Origin: Holophagaceae bacterium
GTDB taxonomy: Bacteria; Acidobacteriota; Holophagae; Holophagales; Holophagaceae
Direction of reading: 5' to 3'
DNA length: 64,000 nucleotides
NCBI GenBank assembly: GCA_039812765.1
Contig: JBDIBF010000002.1
Coordinates: 1,682 to 65,681, forward strand
Shown in pieces: positions 58,595 through 64,000 of the stretch (its first letter is position 1; each line of letters begins with the position of its first letter). Below the pieces are notes generated by a model. It ran no database searches. It saw nothing but the letters and a program-made list of their open reading frames with translations, and had not been told where the DNA came from. The position numbers and the translations under genes were made by a program.

Positions 58595-61500
58595 TCAACC
58601 CGGCGCGCCCGCCCCGCCGCGCCCCCGTTCCGCGCGCGCCGCCAGATCCTGCAGCCGGACCCACACCCGAAGCGCCTCGCTCACGCTCCAGGCCTGGGCG
58701 TCGCAGCCGCGCGGGGCGTGGGGCGCGTCGCCGTCCAGCAGCTCGGGCAGCTGGCCGAGACAGCCCTCGTCCAGGCGCGAGGCCAGGTCCGCGAGGTGGC
58801 TGCGCGCCGCGGCCACCGCCGGGGGCGCGAAGTCCCAGGCCGCCGCGAGGGCCTCGGCGTAGATCGGCAGCCACCACACCCAGGCGGTGCCGTTGTGGTA
58901 GGCGGGCTTGCGGTGCCCCTCCTCGTCGCCGGCGTAGCGCCCCGCGTAGGGCGGCCCTTCATGCGCCAGGGGCGCGAGGCTGCGCAGGCCCCCGGGCACC
59001 ACCAGGTGGCGCGTGGCGGCCTCCACCGCCCGGCGGGCGCGGGAGCCCGTCACCCGGCCGAGGGCGATGCCCAGGAGCTGGTTCGGCCGCAGCCGGCCAT
59101 CGGGCCTCGCCTCCGCCGCGGACGTGCCCGCGGACGCCTCCAGCACGTCGGCGAACCAGCCCTGCGCTTCGAGCCAGAAGGCGTCGAGGCTGGCCCGCGT
59201 CCGGGCCGCGAGCTCGCCCCAGGGTTCCGCCGGCGAAGGCGCGTCCACGCGGTGAAGCAGCTCGAAGAGCCCGACGGCCATCGCCTGCAGCTCGACGGGA
59301 TAGCCTTCCCGAGGCGTCCAGGCCGGATGGGCCGTGTCCATCCAGGTCTGCCGCGCCGGGCTCCACACCAGGCCCGAGGCGGGATCGAGGCGGGAGCCCG
59401 AGGGCGTGCCCGCGAGCAGCCCAAGCCCGATGGAGGCGAGCGCCTCGCGCAGGGGCCGACCCTCCCGCGGCGCGTCGTGGAGGACCTCCATCCCGAAGCG
59501 CGCCGCGGCCTCCCCGCAGGCGAGGGCGAACCAGAGGGGCGCGTCCGACGTGCTGCGGTCCCCGTCCACCGCCATCTGGTTCGGGAGGCTTCCGCCCCGC
59601 TCCAGGGAGCCCAGCAGGCGCAGCAGGTCCAGGGCCTCGTCCCGCCAGCCGGCGGCCACGAGGCCGCGGGCCGCCACCGCGGCGTCGCGGCCCCAGTCCA
59701 GGAACCAGGGGAAGCCCGCGATCACCGTGCGACGGCCGTGGCGCCGGGCGAGGAAGTCCTGCAGGGCGCGGGCCAGCCGGCCGGAGAAGTCCAGGGCCGC
59801 CGGGGCCGGCGGAGGAGGTCCGGCCTTCGCCGGCCCGTCCGCCGCCAGGTCCACCCGCGCCTCGCTCCCGGGGGGCAGGGAGAGCTCGAACCAGCCCGGG
59901 CTCCAGGCATCCCCGCGGTCCGGCTGTCCACGCTCGGCCTCGAGGGGATGGGGCAGGTCCCGGCACCACTCCGGCTCGAGGTGGAAGCATCCGCCCTGGC
60001 ACCTCGCCTCGAGGCTACGGTCCGGCGACGGGGCGAAGCGGAAGCCGGTCCGCCTGGGGAGCAGGCGGAGGCTGGAGGACCAGTGGGTGGCGAGATCGTC
60101 ATCGCCGCGGGTCTCGCCGTGGAAGCCCCGGTCCTCGAGGTCCAGGCGGAGCGTGACGGAGACCTCCACCTCCGCGCCCTCGGGGGGCCGCAGGAAGCGC
60201 AGGGCCACGGCGTTCCGCCCGGGCTCCATCCAGGCCTCCAGGGCGAGGGCGACCCGCCGCCCGTCCCCGGCGTTCACGCGGAAATCCCAGCGGGCGGGCG
60301 GTCCCGGATCCAGGGAGACGAGGGCATGGCCGTCCAGGGACGTGAGGAAGCCGTCGGCGTTCACCCAGGCGCGGGCCCGCTTTGCGAGCACGTGGCGGTC
60401 GCAGGGCGCCTCCGGATCGAGGTTGGCCGCCAGCAGCGCGTCGTACTTGGAGCCGACGGCGCCGACGTCCGCCCGCAGGCGGGCATAGGCGCCGCGGCCG
60501 TTGGTGAGCATGACGAGGCCGCCGGGACCGGGCGCCGGCGCCGGGGGTTCCACGGGCAGCAGGCGCAGCGTGCCCCGGTGGCGGCGGTCGTCGCCGCTGA
60601 GCCGGTGGAAGGCCAGGCCCACGTCCTCGGCGCGGCGGCCGTCCGCCGGCGGGAGCGCTGCGACGAAGCCCTGATCCATCGCCACCGCCCTCAGGTGGAG
60701 CCTGCGGCCTCCCCATTCGAGCTCCACACGGAAGGGCGAGGCATCGCGGACCAGCACCCAGTGCCCCGGCGGCACCGGCAGGACGCGGCGCAGGTCCTCG
60801 GCCTCCCAGATCCGGACGGGCGGGTAAGTCCCCGGGCCCGCGGCCGCCTGAAGCGCCCCCAGCAGGTCTTTCCCGAGTGCCTCGCGTGAAGCCGTGGACA
60901 CCGCGCTGAGGAAGGCTACGGAATCCGACGCGGCAAACGTGGCGAGGGCCTGCCAAGGGCAGGGCCCGAGCGTCTCCGCAGGATGCAGGTCCGCCAGCCG
61001 CTGCCAGCCCCAGGCGGCCTGGGCCCGCAGGCGCCGGGTGGCCGCACCGCCCAGGCCGCGGGGCTCCGGAGCCTCGGCGAGACAATGGACCGCGCCCGGC
61101 CCGAGGTCGAAGGCGAGGCGGCCGTCCGTCTCGAGGGCGGGGGGCGCCGCTTGGCCCAGCAGGTCGCAGCGGCAGGCCCGGATCCACCCGGCGTCCCCGG
61201 CCGGGAGCTCCGCCCGCGCCGGCGCGTCCGGATCGAGGTTGGCGAGGACGAGGCAGCGGTCCAGGCCCTCGGCGCTGGTGCGCGTGAAGGCCACCGCCGG
61301 CGCGCCGTCGGCGCTGAGGCGCCGGCACCGGGCGCCGTCCAGGAAGCAGGGATGCTCCGCCAACAGCCGGGAGAGGGCGCCCAGCTCCTCCGTGAGGTTG
61401 GGCTCCCGTCCCCAGGCCAGGGAGGTCGGGCGGTGCACGTCGATCTTCTCGTCCGCCAGCCACTCGGCGCCGCAGGTGGTGCCGAAGGCGCCGCCGTCGC

Positions 61501-62800
61501 TGGCCAGGGCGCAGAGGCGGTGGCGCAGCAGGGACCAGCGCCTTCCCCGGGCGGCGAGGCGCGGGTTGTCGTGGGTCTCGGCGTAGTGCACCAGGGGACC
61601 GAGGCGCCCGGCCTGGCGGAAGGCGTGGTCCAGGTAGCCCGGGACCTGGTCGCCGCGGTGGTTCTGGAAGAGCTCCGAGTAGGCCCACTGCATGCCGCCC
61701 TCGGTGAGCAGCGCCTCCGTGGTCTCCCAGGCGCCGCCCAGGCCCTCCAGCAGGAAGAGCGCCTCCGGGAACTCGTCCCGCACCGCCGCCTGCACGTACT
61801 GCCAGGCGGGCAGGGGCACCATGTAGCCCGCGTCGGCGCGGAAGCCGTCCACGCCGCGGCGGCACCACGTGCGCAGGGCCTCCCCGAGGATCTCCCAGTA
61901 GCCCGGCGTGGCGTCCTTCAGCTCCACCAGGTCGCCCCACACCGTGCCCCAGGCGCCGGGGCTCCGGAAGCGGCCGTCCGCCTCCCGCTGGAACCACTCC
62001 GGGCGCTCCGCCATGAGCCGGGAGCCCCAGCCCGTGTGGTGGGCGACGAGGTCGAGGAGGACCAGGCCGCCCCGGGCGTGCACCGCGTCCGCCAGCTCCA
62101 CGAACTGGTCCTCGGCGGTGGTGCGCCCGTCGAAGGCCGCCAGGGCCGGATCCACCGTCGTGAGGTCGAGGGCGGCGTAGGGGCTGCCCAGGCGTCCGAA
62201 GCGGGCGTAGACCGTGGGCACCGGGCCGATGGGCAGCAGGTGCAGGATGCGCAGGCCCAGGGTGTCGAAGATGTGGGGCAGTCGTGCCTTCAGGTCCCGT
62301 AGGGTTCCCGTGGGCGGCAGCAGCGTCCAGCCGGCCCGGTCCAGGGCTTCGACGCAGGATGCGTCTCCGGGGACGTCGGTCGGGGCCGACCCGAACAGGC
62401 GCGGAAAGGCGCAGTAGATCAGGTTGGCGCTGCGCAGGCCGTCGGGATGCACCGCGAGGCCAAGGTCCTCCCCCGCGGGCCAGTGCTGCCGTCCCCGCGG
62501 ATCCCGCGCGTAGGCCTTGGCGCGGAAGAAGCCCACCTCGGTGAGGGGCAGGTCGAGGGTCCATCCGCCGGCGTCCGGGGCCATGGGGATGTCCCGCCAG
62601 GCGGAGCCGGCGAAGGTGGCCGGCCCGCCGGGCCGGGCGCCCGCGAGGGCCATGACCTCGGCCCGGGCCCGGGCGGCCCGCGTGAGGGTGGTGCGCAGGA
62701 AGGCCAGCCAGCCCCGGGCCCCCGGCTCGGGATGCCCGAGCCGGACCCGCAGGCGGTCCCCCACGAAGCGGACCACGCGGGTGCCGGCGGGCGGTTCCAT
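58595..62800 (-). CDS. large alpha-glucan enzyme: GH13 alpha-amylase-family domain fused to amylo-alpha-1,6-glucosidase (GDE C-terminal) domain
   Basis: N-terminal GlgE-like N/S region and GH13 core (GVDGFRADAGY, FLLEGLGG, AETHDN). C-terminal (alpha/alpha)6 GDE motifs (GFPWFLDWGRDA, YHNGTAWVWW). Start set at ATG 62800, because the listed GTG 62920 would overlie the glgB RBS; the start is uncertain. Confidence 0.75.
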   Translation of the reverse strand: MEPPAGTRVVRFVGDRLRVRLGHPEPGARGWLAFLRTTLTRAARARAEVMALAGARPGGPATFAGSAWRDIPMAPDAGGWTLDLPLTEVGFFRAKAYARDPRGRQHWPAGEDLGLAVHPDGLRSANLIYCAFPRLFGSAPTDVPGDASCVEALDRAGWTLLPPTGTLRDLKARLPHIFDTLGLRILHLLPIGPVPTVYARFGRLGSPYAALDLTTVDPALAAFDGRTTAEDQFVELADAVHARGGLVLLDLVAHHTGWGSRLMAERPEWFQREADGRFRSPGAWGTVWGDLVELKDATPGYWEILGEALRTWCRRGVDGFRADAGYMVPLPAWQYVQAAVRDEFPEALFLLEGLGGAWETTEALLTEGGMQWAYSELFQNHRGDQVPGYLDHAFRQAGRLGPLVHYAETHDNPRLAARGRRWSLLRHRLCALASDGGAFGTTCGAEWLADEKIDVHRPTSLAWGREPNLTEELGALSRLLAEHPCFLDGARCRRLSADGAPAVAFTRTSAEGLDRCLVLANLDPDAPARAELPAGDAGWIRACRCDLLGQAAPPALETDGRLAFDLGPGAVHCLAEAPEPRGLGGAATRRLRAQAAWGWQRLADLHPAETLGPCPWQALATFAASDSVAFLSAVSTASREALGKDLLGALQAAAGPGTYPPVRIWEAEDLRRVLPVPPGHWVLVRDASPFRVELEWGGRRLHLRAVAMDQGFVAALPPADGRRAEDVGLAFHRLSGDDRRHRGTLRLLPVEPPAPAPGPGGLVMLTNGRGAYARLRADVGAVGSKYDALLAANLDPEAPCDRHVLAKRARAWVNADGFLTSLDGHALVSLDPGPPARWDFRVNAGDGRRVALALEAWMEPGRNAVALRFLRPPEGAEVEVSVTLRLDLEDRGFHGETRGDDDLATHWSSSLRLLPRRTGFRFAPSPDRSLEARCQGGCFHLEPEWCRDLPHPLEAERGQPDRGDAWSPGWFELSLPPGSEARVDLAADGPAKAGPPPPAPAALDFSGRLARALQDFLARRHGRRTVIAGFPWFLDWGRDAAVAARGLVAAGWRDEALDLLRLLGSLERGGSLPNQMAVDGDRSTSDAPLWFALACGEAAARFGMEVLHDAPREGRPLREALASIGLGLLAGTPSGSRLDPASGLVWSPARQTWMDTAHPAWTPREGYPVELQAMAVGLFELLHRVDAPSPAEPWGELAARTRASLDAFWLEAQGWFADVLEASAGTSAAEARPDGRLRPNQLLGIALGRVTGSRARRAVEAATRHLVVPGGLRSLAPLAHEGPPYAGRYAGDEEGHRKPAYHNGTAWVWWLPIYAEALAAAWDFAPPAVAAARSHLADLASRLDEGCLGQLPELLDGDAPHAPRGCDAQAWSVSEALRVWVRLQDLAARAERGRGGAGAPG

Positions 62801-62922
62801 GGAAGGCCGGGGCACGGGGACCTCGCTGGCCAGGGTAGGCCCGTCAAACGTGACCCAGGACACCAGTGTCCTGGGCGAGGGGATGCCTAGACTGGGGCGA
62901 TTGCCGGAGAAGAGGAGCACCC

Positions 62923-64000
62923 ATGGCGGCCACGACGGCCCCGGGCTTCGACCTCTCGGCCTTCCTGCTCGGGGAGGCCCCGGATCCCGCTGCGCACCTC
63001 GGCCTCCACCGGGAGGCGGGCGGGCTGCGCGTCCGCGCCTTCCTCCCAGGCGCCGACAGGGTGGTGCTCCTGAGGCTGCCCACCCGCGACGAGGCGGCGG
63101 CTCTGCGGGAGGTCCGGGACGGCCTGTTCGAGGCGGCGCTCCCGGACGCGCGGAGCTTTCCCTACCGCTTCCGCGCGCTGCGGGGCGGCGCCTGGTCCGA
63201 GGAGGAGGATCCCTACCGCTTCCCGGGCCTCTGGGGGGACCTCGACGCCCACCTCTTCGCCGAAGGGACGCACCACGCCCTGGACCAGCGTCTCGGCGCG
63301 CATCCCGCGGTATTGGAAGGCGTGGCCGGCGTGGCCTTCGCCGTGTGGGCGCCCGGGGCGCGCCGCGTCAGCGTGGTGGGGGACTTCAACGGCTGGGACG
63401 GCCGCCGGCACCCCCTGCGACCCCATCCCTGCGGCGTGTGGGAGCTCTTCGTGCCCGGCGTCGCGACCGGCGCCTGCTACAAGTTCGAGGTGGTCTCCTG
63501 GGAGGGCCGGGTCCAGCCCCTCAAGGCCGATCCCTTCGCCTTCCGCATGGAGGCGCCACCGCGCAGCGCCTCGGTGGTGGAGGGCCTTCCGGACCATCCA
63601 TGGAAGGATCGGGACTGGATGGCCTGCCGCGGCGCGAGGCCCGCCCGCCGGGCGCCGCTGAGCATCTACGAGGCGCACCTCGGATCCTGGCGCCGGGGGC
63701 CGGGCGGGGCCTTCCTCGGCTACCGCGCCCTCGCCGACCTCCTCGTGCCCTACGCCGCGGACCTGGGCTTCACCCACCTCCAGCTGCTGCCGGTCATGGA
63801 GCATCCCTTCGGCGGGTCCTGGGGCTACCAGCCGCTGGGCCTCTTCGCCCCCACCGCGCGCCACGGGTCGCCGGAGGACCTCCGCGCCTTCGTGGACGCC
63901 GCGCACCGCGCGGGGCTCGGGGTGATCCTCGACTGGGTGCCCGCCCACTTCCCGTCGGACGCCCACGGCCTGGCGCGCTTCACCGGGGAGGCGCTCTACG
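62923..64000 (+). CDS. glgB: 1,4-alpha-glucan branching enzyme, N-terminal part (3' end outside window)
   Basis: Not in the ORF track (no stop in the window). ATG 62923 after AGGAG. My translation gives FAVWAPGARRVSVVGDFNGWDGRRHPL, YKFEV, SIYEAHLGSW, MEHPFGGSWGYQ, ILDWVPAHF. Confidence 0.88.
   Translation, partial: MAATTAPGFDLSAFLLGEAPDPAAHLGLHREAGGLRVRAFLPGADRVVLLRLPTRDEAAALREVRDGLFEAALPDARSFPYRFRALRGGAWSEEEDPYRFPGLWGDLDAHLFAEGTHHALDQRLGAHPAVLEGVAGVAFAVWAPGARRVSVVGDFNGWDGRRHPLRPHPCGVWELFVPGVATGACYKFEVVSWEGRVQPLKADPFAFRMEAPPRSASVVEGLPDHPWKDRDWMACRGARPARRAPLSIYEAHLGSWRRGPGGAFLGYRALADLLVPYAADLGFTHLQLLPVMEHPFGGSWGYQPLGLFAPTARHGSPEDLRAFVDAAHRAGLGVILDWVPAHFPSDAHGLARFTGEALY

Noticed and set aside
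62918-62920. GTG 62920 as the start of the 1441-aa glucan enzyme
   Set aside because: It lies 2 nt from the divergent glgB ATG and on top of the glgB AGGAG. The first 40 residues are not recognisably part of the enzyme, so ATG 62800 is preferred, though unproven.

Overview
Very GC-rich (about 70% by eye) bacterial chromosomal segment. High GC leaves all six frames open, so most long ORFs in the track are artefacts. I accepted about 58 CDS (two cut by the window edges, one interrupted by a stop) and one tRNA, tRNA-Gly(CCC). I found no rRNA, CRISPR array, transposase, integrase or phage genes. Gene content is mostly housekeeping: ppdK, ettA, comEC, rnhA, moaE, lpxK, etfAB, murG, recG, coaD, mazG, aroD/E, deoC, glgB. 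The mix of families suggests an Acidobacteriota (Holophagae/Geothrix-like) or similar genome; this is inference only. Six things deserve a second look. (1) A leader-peptide-like small ORF (52131 to 52018, minus) keeps its coding periodicity through an in-frame TGA into a Cys-rich tail that ends just before the only strong terminator; it could be a selenopeptide or RiPP-like precursor, or a fresh nonsense mutation. (2) A 194-bp x 3.7 tandem array abuts tRNA-Gly; each unit repeats the last 20 nt of the tRNA, its terminator hairpin and an inverted second tRNA-like 3' end. (3) Two unusually long convergent intergenic regions (21123-21582 and 55832-56339) share mosaic repeat modules, including a 22-bp-stem hairpin with compensatory changes. 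(4) A neutral-lipid/PHA-type neighbourhood combines HMG-CoA reductase, a UbiB kinase and WS/DGAT with a paired ArsA/Get3-like ATPase-PhaR-phasin-patatin-PAQR string. (5) Several catalytically degenerate signalling or ATPase proteins are present: a pseudokinase-TonB fusion, a dead NtrC-type regulator coupled to MoxR, and a degenerate PilT. (6) A CPBP protease gene is split by an in-frame TAG. All family calls come from motif recognition by eye, and none was checked against a database.
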